64,000 bases of DNA, taken from positions 480,001-544,000 of the forward strand of contig OY762897.2 of assembly GCA_963666515.2 (NCBI GenBank). The letters are read 5' to 3'. Position numbers and translations under genes: made by a program. The stretch comes from Candidatus Binatia bacterium (GTDB lineage Bacteria; Desulfobacterota; Binatia; UBA9968; JAJDTQ01). Each line of letters starts with the position of its first letter. Position 1 is the first letter of the stretch. The notes beneath the pieces were generated by a model. It was not told the origin of the DNA and searched no databases. It saw only the letters and a program-made list of their open reading frames with translations. This document shows positions 1 through 9,354 of this stretch, piece after piece.

Positions 1-1612
1 GTCGGAATTCAAGTTTCAACCCATCTTCGAGCTGGGCGACGACACTACCGAGTACCGCAGCCTGGGCAGGGAGGGCGTGTCGGAGATCGAGGTGGACGGC
101 CGCACCATCCTCAAGGTGGATCCCGCGGTGCTGCGGAAGCTCACCGCGGAGGCCGTCCGCGACATCTCCCATCTCTTCCGGCCCACGCACCTGGCCAAGG
201 TGCGCGCCATTCTCGACGATCCCGAGGCTTCGAAGAACGACCGCTTCGTGGCGCTCCAGCAGCTCAAGAACGCCAACATCTCGGCCGGCGGCGTGCTGCC
301 GGCGTGCCAGGACACGGGCACCGCCATCGTCATCGGCAAGAAAGGCGAGAACGTCTTCACCGGCGCCAACGACGAGGAGGCCTTTTCCGCCGGGGTCTAC
401 GACGTCTACACCAACACCAACCTGCGCTACTCCCAACTCGCGCCGCTGACCTTGTACGAGGAGAAGAACACGCGCACCAACCTGCCGGCCCAGGTGGAGA
501 TATACGCTACGCCGGGCGACGCCTACGAGCTGCTGTTCATCACCAAGGGCGGCGGTTCCGCCAACAAGTCGGTACTCTACCAGCAGACCCCGGCGCTGCT
601 GAACGAGGCGTCCATGCTGGAGTTCCTGGAAAAGCAGCTCAAGACCATCGGCACCGCGGCCTGCCCGCCCTACTACCTGGCCATCGTGATCGGGGGGATG
701 TCCGCGGAGTTCAACCTCAAGACCGTGAAGCTGGCCAGCACCCGCTACCTGGACGGACTCCCCACCACCGGCAACGAGTACGGGCGGGCGTTCCGCGACC
801 TGGACCTGGAGGCCAAGGTCCAGGCCATCAGCCACAAGATGGGCGTGGGCGCGCAGTTCGGCGGCAAGTATTTCACCCACGAGGTGCGGGTGATCCGGCT
901 GCCCCGGCACGGCGCTTCCTGTCCGGTGGGCATGGGCGTCTCGTGCTCCGCCGACCGGCAGGCCAAGGCCAAAATCACCCGGGACGGAGTGTTCCTCGAA
1001 CGGCTGGAGACCGATCCCGCCAAGTACCTGCCGGACTTCGTCGAGGAGGACGACGCCGACGCGGTGGTGAGCGTCGACCTGAGCCGCCCCATGGACGAGA
1101 TCCGCGCCACTCTCTCGAAACATCCGGTGAAGACCCGGCTGTCCCTCAACGGCACCATCGTTGTGGCCCGGGACCTTGCCCACGCCCGGATCAAGGAGCG
1201 GCTCGACGCGGGCGAGCCCTTGCCGGACTATTTCAAGGACCACGTCGTCTACTACGCGGGGCCGGCCAAGACCCCCGAGGGCTACGCCTCCGGCTCCTTC
1301 GGCCCCACCACCGCCGGGCGTATGGATTCCTACGTGGACCTGTTCCAGTCCCACGGCGGCAGCCTGATATCGCTGGCCAAAGGCAACCGCTCGCGGCAGG
1401 TGACCGACGCCTGCAAGAAGCACGGCGGGTTCTACCTGGGCTCCATCGGCGGCCCCGCGGCCATACTGGCCAAGGACAACATCAAGCAGGTGGAGGTGCT
1501 CGACTACCCCGATCTGGGCATGGAAGCGGTGTGGAAGATCGACGTCGAGGACTTCCCCGCATTCATCATCGTGGACGACAAGGGCAACGACTTTTTCGCC
1601 GAGTTGCAGTAG
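1..1612 (+). CDS. fumA: Class I (Fe-S) fumarate hydratase; start codon falls at the window edge
   Basis: Frame is open from position 2 ([19 protein letters not shown]...). Motifs [45 protein letters not shown]. Confidence 0.95.
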   Translation, partial: SEFKFQPIFELGDDTTEYRSLGREGVSEIEVDGRTILKVDPAVLRKLTAEAVRDISHLFRPTHLAKVRAILDDPEASKNDRFVALQQLKNANISAGGVLPACQDTGTAIVIGKKGENVFTGANDEEAFSAGVYDVYTNTNLRYSQLAPLTLYEEKNTRTNLPAQVEIYATPGDAYELLFITKGGGSANKSVLYQQTPALLNEASMLEFLEKQLKTIGTAACPPYYLAIVIGGMSAEFNLKTVKLASTRYLDGLPTTGNEYGRAFRDLDLEAKVQAISHKMGVGAQFGGKYFTHEVRVIRLPRHGASCPVGMGVSCSADRQAKAKITRDGVFLERLETDPAKYLPDFVEEDDADAVVSVDLSRPMDEIRATLSKHPVKTRLSLNGTIVVARDLAHARIKERLDAGEPLPDYFKDHVVYYAGPAKTPEGYASGSFGPTTAGRMDSYVDLFQSHGGSLISLAKGNRSRQVTDACKKHGGFYLGSIGGPAAILAKDNIKQVEVLDYPDLGMEAVWKIDVEDFPAFIIVDDKGNDFFAELQ

Positions 1613-1690
1613 AAGGATCGGAAGGAACGGCAAAGGGCGCCCGGCGCCCGTGAAGGACCGGGTTGACGGACCCGTCCAAAGGAGCAGGCC

Positions 1691-2803
1691 ATGAGCGGCA
1701 ACGGCGACGGCAACGGAAAACCATTGATCGTGGATGCGGACGCCCACGTGGTGGAGTGCGACCGCACTTGGGACTACCTGGAGGGCTCGGAGAAACAGTT
1801 CCGGCCGGTGCCGCTGGCGTCGCCGGAAGAGGACGGCGCCGCGCTCCAGTTCTGGCTGGTGGACGGCAAGGTGCGGGGTTTCCGCTTTCCCGCGTTCTCC
1901 GAGGAAGAGCTGCAGCGGCGTCAGGATATCGTAGGACGCAGGTTCGCCGAGGCCAAGGAGGCGCGGGAGCTGGGCAACGTGGGGCTCCGGCTGGAGCACA
2001 TGGACCAGACCGGGGTCGACGTGCAGGTGCTGCACAACACCATGTTCATCGAGCAGGTGACCGAACGCGCGCCGGTGGAGGTGGCGCTGTGCGGGAGCTG
2101 GAACCGCTGGCTCGCCGACATCTGGTCCCAGTCCGACGGGCGGCTGCGCTGGTCGTGCCTGGCGCCTACGCTCAGCATGTCCGATGCCCTGGACCAGATC
2201 CGCTTCTCCAGGGAGCACGGCGCCTGCGCGGTGCTGATGCGGCCGTTCGAGGGCAACCGGATGCTCGTTGACCCGTATTTCTACCCCATCTACGAGGAGG
2301 CCTGCCGCCTGGACATGGCCATCGCCGTGCACATCGCCAACGGCAGCGCCTGGCTGAGCGATCTCTACACTCATCCGATACGGCTGGGAACCACCTTCCA
2401 CCGTTTCCGCATCCCCACCGTGGGAGGCTTCGCCGACGTGCTGTTCAGCGAGGTTCCGGAGGTGTTCCCGAAGCTCCGCTGGGGGTTCATCGAGGCCAGC
2501 GCCCAGTGGCTGCCGTGGATCCTGCACGAGGTGCGGAACCGCTACAAGACCCTGGGCCGGGAATGGCCGGACAACCCCATGGAAGCGTTCCGGATGTTCG
2601 TGACCTGCGAGAACACCGACGACCTGCCCTACATCGTGCAGGAGACCGGCGAGGACGGCCTGGTCATCGGCACCGACTACGGCCACACCGACACCTCCAG
2701 CGACGTGGACGCCATCCGGGTGTTCCGCGAGCGCACCGACCTGGGCGAGGACGTGAAGCAGAAGATCCTGAGCGACAACGCGCGGCGGCTGTACGCGCTG
2801 TAG
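1691..2803 (+). CDS. Amidohydrolase-2 family protein (paralog 1 of tandem triplet)
   Basis: DADAHVVE metal motif, AVH, FIEA, GTDYGH; SD GGAG upstream. Confidence 0.9.
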   Translation: MSGNGDGNGKPLIVDADAHVVECDRTWDYLEGSEKQFRPVPLASPEEDGAALQFWLVDGKVRGFRFPAFSEEELQRRQDIVGRRFAEAKEARELGNVGLRLEHMDQTGVDVQVLHNTMFIEQVTERAPVEVALCGSWNRWLADIWSQSDGRLRWSCLAPTLSMSDALDQIRFSREHGACAVLMRPFEGNRMLVDPYFYPIYEEACRLDMAIAVHIANGSAWLSDLYTHPIRLGTTFHRFRIPTVGGFADVLFSEVPEVFPKLRWGFIEASAQWLPWILHEVRNRYKTLGREWPDNPMEAFRMFVTCENTDDLPYIVQETGEDGLVIGTDYGHTDTSSDVDAIRVFRERTDLGEDVKQKILSDNARRLYAL

Positions 2804-2855
2804 GGTGGGTTTCGGACCCGGTCGCGCCCGGGACGGATGAGCAGGGGAGCAGGCC

Positions 2856-3962
2856 ATGAGCGGCGACGCCAATGGGAAGCCCATGATCGTTGACGCGGAC
2901 GCCCACGTGGTGGAATGCGAACGCACCTGGGACTACCTAGAACCCTCGGAGCGGCAGTACCGCCCAGTGCCGCTGGCGGTGCCGGAGGAGGGCGGCGTCA
3001 CGCTGCAGTTCTGGCTGGTGGACGGCAAGGTGCGGGGCAACCGCTTCCCGGTGTTCTCCGAGGAGGAGATGCGGCGGCGCCAGGAGTTGGTGGGCCGCAG
3101 GTTCGCCGAGGCGAGGGAGGCGCGGGAGCTGGGCGACGTGGGTCTCCGGCTGGAGCACATGGACGCCACCGGGGTGGACGTGCAGGTGCTGCACAACACC
3201 ATGTTCATCGAGCGGGTGACCGACCGGGCGCCGGTGGAGGTGGCGCTGTGCGGGAGCTGGAACCGCTGGCTGGCGGACATCTGGGCGCAGTCGGACGGAC
3301 GGCTGCGCTGGTCGTGCCTGGCGCCCACGTTGAGCATATCCGACGCCCTGGACCAGATCCGCTTCTCCAGGGAACACGGCGCCTGCGCGGTGCTGATGCG
3401 GCCCGTCGAAGGCAACCGCCTGCTGGTGGACCCGTACTTCTATCCGATCTACGAGGAGGCCAGCCGCCTGGACATGGCCATCGCCGTGCACATCGCCAAC
3501 GGCAGCGCCTGGCTCGACGAACTGTACCGCCACCCGGTGACGCTGGGAGCCTTCTTCCACCGCTTCCGCATCCCCACGGTGGGCGGCTTCGCGTACGTGC
3601 TCTTCAGCGAGCTTCCCGACCTGTTCCCGAAGCTGCGCTGGGGCTTCATCGAGGCCAGCGCCCAGTGGCTGCCCTGGATACTTCACGAGGCCCGGAACCG
3701 GTTCAGGACCCGCGGCCTGGAGTGGCCTGACAACCCCATGGAAGCGTTCCGGCTGTTCGTCACCTGCGAGAATACCGACGACCTGCCGTACATCGTGCGG
3801 GAGGCCGGCGAGGAAGGCCTCGTCATTGGGACGGACTACGGCCACACGGACACGTCCAGCGACCTGGACGCCATTATGATCTTCCGGCAGCGCGCCGATC
3901 TGACCGAGGACGTGAAGCGCAAGATCCTGAGCGACAACGCGCGCCGGCTCTACGCGCTGTAG
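2856..3962 (+). CDS. Amidohydrolase-2 family protein (paralog 2)
   Basis: Same motifs; highly similar to 1691..2803. Confidence 0.9.
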   Translation: MSGDANGKPMIVDADAHVVECERTWDYLEPSERQYRPVPLAVPEEGGVTLQFWLVDGKVRGNRFPVFSEEEMRRRQELVGRRFAEAREARELGDVGLRLEHMDATGVDVQVLHNTMFIERVTDRAPVEVALCGSWNRWLADIWAQSDGRLRWSCLAPTLSISDALDQIRFSREHGACAVLMRPVEGNRLLVDPYFYPIYEEASRLDMAIAVHIANGSAWLDELYRHPVTLGAFFHRFRIPTVGGFAYVLFSELPDLFPKLRWGFIEASAQWLPWILHEARNRFRTRGLEWPDNPMEAFRLFVTCENTDDLPYIVREAGEEGLVIGTDYGHTDTSSDLDAIMIFRQRADLTEDVKRKILSDNARRLYAL

Positions 3963-4032
3963 GAGCGGGTTCGACAAGCCGCCCGCGCACCGACTACCGC
4001 CCGCCTGGGAACAGGCGAGCAAAGGAGACGCC

Positions 4033-5139
4033 ATGAGTGGAGAAGCCAACGGAAACCCCGTGATCGTCGACTCCGACGCCCACGTGGTGGAATGCGAACG
4101 CACCTGGGACTATCTGGAGGGCTCGGAGAAGCAGTACCGCCCGGTGGCGCTGGCGTCGCCGGAGGAGGCGGGGATCAAGCAGCAGTTCTGGGTGGTGGAC
4201 GGGAAGGTGAAGGGTTTTCGCTTCCCGGCGTTCTCGGAGGAAGCGCTACGGCAGCGCGAGCAGCAGGTGGGCCGCAAGTTCGCCGACGCCGACGAGTCCA
4301 TGGAGCTGGGCAACGTGGGGCTCCGGCTGGAGCACATGGACGCCACCGGAGTGGACGTCCAGGTGCTGCACAACACCATGTTCATCACGCAGGTGACGGA
4401 CCGCGCCCCGGTGGAGGTGGCGCTGTGCGGGAGCTGGAACCGTTGGCTCGCGGACATCTGGTCCCAGTCGGACGGACGGTTGCGGTGGTCGTGTCTGGCG
4501 CCCACCCTGAGCCTGTCCGATGCCGTGGACCAGGTCCGCTTCGGCAAGGAACACGGCGCCTGTGCTGTGCTGATGCGGCCGTACGAAGGCAACCGGCTCC
4601 TGGTGGACCCCTACTTCTACCCCATCTATGAGGAAGCCAGCCGGCTGGACATGTCCATCGCCATCCACATCGCCAACGGCAGCCCCTGGTTCAACGACCT
4701 CTGCAGCCATCCGGTGTCCAATGCAGCCAACTTCCACCGTTTCCGGGTGCCCACCGTGGGCGCCTTCAGCGACATTCTGCTGAGCGAGATCCCGCAGGTG
4801 TTTCCGGACCTGCGCTGGGGCTTCATCGAGGCCAGCGCCCAGTGGGTGCCCTGGATGCTTCGCGAGGTCCACAACCGCTGCCGGGTGCTGGGACGGGAAT
4901 GGCCGGACAACCCCATGGCGGAGTTCGGCATGTTCGTCACCTGCGAGAACAGCGACGATCTTGCCTACATCGTGCAGGAGAGCGGCGAAGACGGCCTCGT
5001 CATCGGCACCGACTACGGCCACACCGACGTTTCCAGCGACGTGGACGCCATCAGGGTGTTCCGGGAGCGCACCGACATCTCCGAGGACGTCAAGCGCAAG
5101 ATCCTAAGCGACAACGCGCGGAGGCTGTACGGGCTGTAG
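4033..5139 (+). CDS. Amidohydrolase-2 family protein (paralog 3)
   Basis: DSDAHVVE, AIH, GTDYGH; SD AGGAG. Confidence 0.9.
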   Translation: MSGEANGNPVIVDSDAHVVECERTWDYLEGSEKQYRPVALASPEEAGIKQQFWVVDGKVKGFRFPAFSEEALRQREQQVGRKFADADESMELGNVGLRLEHMDATGVDVQVLHNTMFITQVTDRAPVEVALCGSWNRWLADIWSQSDGRLRWSCLAPTLSLSDAVDQVRFGKEHGACAVLMRPYEGNRLLVDPYFYPIYEEASRLDMSIAIHIANGSPWFNDLCSHPVSNAANFHRFRVPTVGAFSDILLSEIPQVFPDLRWGFIEASAQWVPWMLREVHNRCRVLGREWPDNPMAEFGMFVTCENSDDLAYIVQESGEDGLVIGTDYGHTDVSSDVDAIRVFRERTDISEDVKRKILSDNARRLYGL

Positions 5140-5200
5140 CGGAGAATCGGGGAAAACTCGAAGGCGAATACTCAGAGAAGTTTCCGGCGAGGTTTGCACG

Positions 5201-5395
5201 ATGCGATTCACCATTGAAACGGAACAAGAGGAAGACGGACGTTGGATCGCCGAGGTATTGGAGCTTCCGGGTGTAATGAAATACGGAAGAACCGAAGCCG
5301 ACGCCATGGCTCAAGCGGAGGCGTTGGCCCTCCGTGTGATTGCCGAAAGAATGGAGGCGGGTGAACAACCACCCGAACCGATCGAGATCCGGTAA
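5201..5395 (+). CDS. HicB-family (UPF0150) antitoxin, short form; no hicA partner seen
   Basis: EQEEDGRWIAEVLELPGVMKYGRTEADA pattern typical of the HicB partial RNase H fold. Confidence 0.8.
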   Translation: MRFTIETEQEEDGRWIAEVLELPGVMKYGRTEADAMAQAEALALRVIAERMEAGEQPPEPIEIR

Positions 5396-5436
5396 ACTTC
5401 TCGCGGCTCGAATCGAATTGAGGGAGGTGTCTGGGC

Positions 5437-5574
5437 ATGGCAACTGTCAAGAAAGGGATACTGACGGGTTCGCCCGAGTGGTGGAAACATCTTCGCAAGA
5501 CGAAGCGTGTCTTCTGGAAAAGGGAACGAAAGGCTGCAAAGCGCGACGGCGAAAGACAAGCACAAGAAAGTTGA
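5437..5574 (+). CDS. Small basic Trp-rich hypothetical protein, 45 aa (not in the ORF track)
   Basis: Strong SD GGGAGGTG at 5422-5429. Translation: MATVKKGILTGSPEWWKHLRKTKRVFWKRERKAAKRDGERQAQES*. Confidence 0.6.
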   Translation: MATVKKGILTGSPEWWKHLRKTKRVFWKRERKAAKRDGERQAQES

Positions 5575-5629
5575 CAAACTCTCCGGCGTCAAGGGACCCT
5601 ATCCCTTGGACAGAGCGGGAACTAACGCA

Positions 5630-6919
5630 ATGAGAGTCCGGATTCATCGGGGCACGAAAGAAATCGGCGGCACCTGCATCGAGTTGGAGGCGCAAGGGAA
5701 GCGTATCGCTCTGGACGTCGGCCTGCCGCTCGATGCGCCGGACGACGTGGAGACACACAAGAGCCTGCTGCCGCAGGTTCCTGGGTTCCGGGAACCGGAC
5801 GAGAGCCTGCTCGGCGTACTCATCTCCCATCCCCACATGGATCACTACGGCTTGGCCCAGTACGTCTGCCCGGAAGTCCCGATCTACATCGGAGAGGGCG
5901 CGCACGCCGTCATGAAGGCCGCAAGCCCCTACGTTCCCAACGGGACTGCCTTCGCCGACCCCAACTTCATCGCCAACCGGGCACCGATCGAGATCGGCCC
6001 GTTCCGTGTCACGCCATATCTGGTGGATCACAGCGCATTCGACGCCTACCATCTCCTGGTAGAAGCGGACGGCAAGCGGGTGTTCTATTCCGGCGACTTC
6101 CGCGCCCACGGCCGCAAGGCGAAGTTGTTCGAGGCGATGGTCGCCCGCCCGCCGAAGGACATCGACGTTCTGCTGATGGAGGGGACGACCATCGGGCGGA
6201 CGGGCTCCGATGAAGGCTTTGCCACCGAGGACGACCTTGAGATGGAGTTCGTCCTGGCGTTCCGGGAGACCAAGGGCCTCCACTTCGTCTGGACTTCATC
6301 GCAGAACATCGACCGCATCGTCACGATCTTCCGAGCCGCAAAACGGACCGGTCGCGTGTTGCTCATCGACCTCTATACCGCCGTCGTCCTGGAGGCCACC
6401 GACCGGGACAGCATTCCGCAATCGAATTGGGACGAGGTGAAGGTCTACATTCCGCACCACCAGCAAGTGTTCATAAAGAAGAACAGGCTGTTCGACGACC
6501 GCAATCGCCACCACCCTTTCCGTGTCTACCTCGAGGACTTGCCGGGGTTGGCCAGCCGGGCCGTCATGCTGTTCCGGCCCATGGTGATGGACGACCGCGG
6601 TGTGCAAGGAGTGCTGAGTGGCGCGGGGTTCACCTATTCGATGTGGGAGGGATATCTGAAAGAGCGAGGCTCACTCAGGGTCCTGAAATGGCTCGAACAG
6701 CATGGCATCCTCCGGCGCACCATCCACACGTCCGGCCATGCTTCCGTTGCCGACCTGACGCGCTTCGCTGCCGCTTTGGCGCCACGCACACTGGTCCCAA
6801 TACACTCCTTTGAAACAGGGCGGTTTGAGGAGTTTTTCGATAACGTCGTCCAGAAGGAGGACGGCGAGTGGTGGAGGATTCCAATGAACCCTGGTAAGCA
6901 CGCTGGATTCGAAAGATGA
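5630..6919 (+). CDS. MBL-fold/beta-CASP (RNase J-like) metallo-hydrolase
   Basis: EIGGTCIEL, HPHMDH (HxHxDH), DHS, SGDFR, HTSGHAS, PIH motifs. ATG at 5630 chosen over the track start. Confidence 0.85.
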   Translation: MRVRIHRGTKEIGGTCIELEAQGKRIALDVGLPLDAPDDVETHKSLLPQVPGFREPDESLLGVLISHPHMDHYGLAQYVCPEVPIYIGEGAHAVMKAASPYVPNGTAFADPNFIANRAPIEIGPFRVTPYLVDHSAFDAYHLLVEADGKRVFYSGDFRAHGRKAKLFEAMVARPPKDIDVLLMEGTTIGRTGSDEGFATEDDLEMEFVLAFRETKGLHFVWTSSQNIDRIVTIFRAAKRTGRVLLIDLYTAVVLEATDRDSIPQSNWDEVKVYIPHHQQVFIKKNRLFDDRNRHHPFRVYLEDLPGLASRAVMLFRPMVMDDRGVQGVLSGAGFTYSMWEGYLKERGSLRVLKWLEQHGILRRTIHTSGHASVADLTRFAAALAPRTLVPIHSFETGRFEEFFDNVVQKEDGEWWRIPMNPGKHAGFER

Positions 6920-6923
6920 CTAC

Positions 6924-7688
6924 ATGATTCTGAAGAAAATTGAAAACAGAACTGAGAACTGGAAAACAGCGAAACACTTTGCCCCATTTCTCAGTAACAA
7001 GAATGCTCGCTTGAGACTGGCGCAAGCACTAGATGGGCGTACTCCAGACCAGGATATACGTATAGAATTGTTCTGGTACGGGATACGGGATTTTTGTGCG
7101 GAAGAACGAAATAAGGAAACAGAACGCGTAGGAGAGGGGTCGAAGGCAAGAAGATCAGCGAAAATTAAGGAGCGGATGTCAGAGTGTTTTGCTAGAGACT
7201 ACGAGGAGCTATTTGGCGATCTGAGTGAAGAGATTGCCGAATTCGAACTGCTAAGTTGTTCCAAGAAATATGAAGTGCCGATCGATAAAATACGGTTGTA
7301 CAACAACCTTGTGCACACGGAGATAGACATTGTCCTGGAATCCTCGAATTGTCTATTCATCGGGGAGGCCAAGGCTGAAATGGACTTCGGGTCCGACGGG
7401 CGGCTGGTCTTGGTGCACCAACTGATTCGTCAGTATGTTGTGGCGAAACTCTTGATCTGTCGCCTTAACCTAAAGAAAACGGTGGTCCCTTTTGTTGTCG
7501 GAGACAACCCTGAACAACTAAGAAAAAAAGGTCAGCTAAAATTCATGATCTGCCAAAAGGGGCTCAGAGAAGACAATGTACTGTCGTGGTGTGAAATAGA
7601 TGCCATTGCAAGAGCAGCGGGCGAAGACGTTCCGAGGTGTCCTCGGATAGATTGTCCGCCTTGCTCAGGAAGATCAGCGTGGCGCTGA
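6924..7688 (+). CDS. Hypothetical protein with PD-(D/E)xK nuclease-like motif
   Basis: TEIDIVLESSNCLFIGEAK plus HQLIRQY helix; visibly AT-richer than flanks; starts 4 nt after the MBL stop. Confidence 0.6.
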   Translation: MILKKIENRTENWKTAKHFAPFLSNKNARLRLAQALDGRTPDQDIRIELFWYGIRDFCAEERNKETERVGEGSKARRSAKIKERMSECFARDYEELFGDLSEEIAEFELLSCSKKYEVPIDKIRLYNNLVHTEIDIVLESSNCLFIGEAKAEMDFGSDGRLVLVHQLIRQYVVAKLLICRLNLKKTVVPFVVGDNPEQLRKKGQLKFMICQKGLREDNVLSWCEIDAIARAAGEDVPRCPRIDCPPCSGRSAWR

Positions 7689-8041
7689 GCGAATCGCCTG
7701 TTCCCGAGCGGGAATGGCCGGCTGTCGAACGCATCCTCGGACTGGAGTCGATGGCCCAACTCATGGGGATATCCGTGTCAAGCGCCCGTGGCTATTTCGC
7801 CGGTATTCGGACGACACCCGATGCGGTGGCGGCCCGTCTCCATTTCCTTGCCTTCGTCGTAGGCGACCTCGCGGGCGCGTACAACGATGTCGGCGTCCGT
7901 CGTTGGTTCCATCGTCCGCGCACGCTGCTGAACGGAAGCACTCCCGCCCAGTTGCTGGAAGGCAACTGGGAACCCCACGACGACGGACCTCGCCAAGTGC
8001 GTCAGTTGGCGGCCTCCCTTGGACCATCTCCGCTGACATGA
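7637..8041 (+). CDS. Xre/MbcA/ParS-like antitoxin (HTH plus toxin-binding domain), possibly N-terminally truncated
   Basis: HTH-like MAQLMGISVSSARGY; VRRWFHRPRTLLNGSTPAQLL; ATGA overlap with the RES gene. Confidence 0.7.
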   Translation: MSSDRLSALLRKISVALSESPVPEREWPAVERILGLESMAQLMGISVSSARGYFAGIRTTPDAVAARLHFLAFVVGDLAGAYNDVGVRRWFHRPRTLLNGSTPAQLLEGNWEPHDDGPRQVRQLAASLGPSPLT

Positions 8042-8559
8042 TCGCCTTCCGTCACGCCGATCCCCGTTTCCCTTTTCTTTGGGAGGATTCGTCTCAGCCC
8101 GCGGGGCGCTGGAACGAGCCGGGCAGGTTGACCCACTGCTTCACCGATACCCCTGACGGCGCGTGGGCGGAGTTCCTGCGTCACGAGGAGATTGTCGATC
8201 CCGCGGACCTGGAGACGGTCCGTCGGGCGCTCTGGGCGGTTGAGATCGGCGATGAACCGGCGGTGCGGCCGGAGTTGGCGCCGGAGTCGTTGACCGGCGG
8301 TCGGGAGAGTTGGCTTGAGTGCCAGGAGGAAGCCGACCGCCTGCGAAGCAGCGGCGCATCCGGGCTCACGGCGCCGTCTGCCGCCCTTCGGTCAGGCGGC
8401 GCGCACGGATGGCGGGTTGACGGCGGCCTTCAGGCCGGGCCAACCAGGGATGGCAAGGTGTTTGCGCTCTTCGGGCCGCGCCCGGATCTGGTCGGGTGGC
8501 CGGCGACGGTCGCCGGACGGCCGGGCGACGATCTCATAGGCCGCGTGCGGCACTTCTGA
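8038..8559 (+). CDS. RES-domain toxin (NAD+ phosphorylase / ADP-ribosyltransferase-like)
   Basis: FRH...GRW (R), AWAE (E), APSAA (S) triad; coupled to the upstream antitoxin. Confidence 0.8.
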   Translation: MIAFRHADPRFPFLWEDSSQPAGRWNEPGRLTHCFTDTPDGAWAEFLRHEEIVDPADLETVRRALWAVEIGDEPAVRPELAPESLTGGRESWLECQEEADRLRSSGASGLTAPSAALRSGGAHGWRVDGGLQAGPTRDGKVFALFGPRPDLVGWPATVAGRPGDDLIGRVRHF

Positions 8560-8587
8560 CGGTCGATAGTCGCCACGTTGCAAGGGG

Positions 8588-8621
8588 TTGTATAGCGGCT
8601 TGAATAGATTAAACTATAGCT
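8588..8621 (+). promoter_or_regulatory. Sigma70-like promoter, probably leaderless, with two TATAGC boxes (possible RHH operator)
   Basis: TTGTAT-N16-TAAACT-N6-ATG; TATAGC at 8591 and 8615; no SD. Confidence 0.5.
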
Positions 8622-8870
8622 ATGAAAGTCATACAATTGACGATGGAGCCCGAACTCGTGGAGAGAGTGGACAAACGGGCGAAACGCCTTGGCACCACGC
8701 GCTCAGGGTTTACGCGTGAAGCGTTGAGAGTCGCTTTGGAGCGTTACGAGGAAGCGGAGTTGGAGGAGCGCCACAGGGCGGGATACCGTAAGGCACCGCC
8801 CACGAAACAGGAGTTCATTATCCCGGAAGGAGATCACGCATGGGGTGACGGCGCATGGAAAGACGAGTGA
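8622..8870 (+). CDS. Ribbon-helix-helix (CopG-like) antitoxin
   Basis: IQLTMEPELVERVDKRAKRLGTTRSGFTREAL; TGATG overlap with the toxin. Confidence 0.85.
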   Translation: MKVIQLTMEPELVERVDKRAKRLGTTRSGFTREALRVALERYEEAELEERHRAGYRKAPPTKQEFIIPEGDHAWGDGAWKDE

Positions 8871-9184
8871 TGCGTCGCGGTGAGATCCGCTGGTACCGAT
8901 TCGCTCGTCCGGACAAGCGCAGACCCGTGCTCGTATTGACGCGTGACTCGATCCTTTCGAGCCTCGGCGAGGTTACGGTCGCTCCGATCACCACCACCGT
9001 TCGCGGTATTCCCAGCGAGGTGACCTTGTCCGTGGATGACGGAATGCCTCGCGAATGCGCCGTGAACTGCGATCATTTACAGACGGTCTCACGAGGGAGA
9101 CTCGGGGCATTGGTGACAAGTCTCCCTGCCGGAAAGATGCAACGGGTGGCAAGGGCAGTTCGCTTTGCACTGGCCCTGCACTGA
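8870..9184 (+). CDS. mazF: PemK/MazF family endoribonuclease toxin
   Basis: RGEIRW...KRRPVLVLT...VAPITT...VNCDHLQTV. Confidence 0.9.
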   Translation: MRRGEIRWYRFARPDKRRPVLVLTRDSILSSLGEVTVAPITTTVRGIPSEVTLSVDDGMPRECAVNCDHLQTVSRGRLGALVTSLPAGKMQRVARAVRFALALH

Positions 9185-9250
9185 CAACGGTGCTCTCATG
9201 GTCATCCCCTCTTCGGTTTTCTTCAATCCCTTGCCCCTCTCCTTCCAGAA

Positions 9251-9302
9251 AGGGGACATTTTAGCTTTGTTCAACAGGGGACATTATCGCTTTGCTCTAA
9301 CT
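9251..9302. mobile_element. Orphan IS end resembling IS1202/ISNCY-type termini
   Basis: Two copies of AGGGGACATTwTmGCTTTG 25 bp apart (9251, 9276); no transposase nearby. Confidence 0.5.
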
Positions 9303-9354
9303 TGACCGCGGGAAACATTGGCGCGGCCATCCGTGAACGTGGCATACTCCGGTC

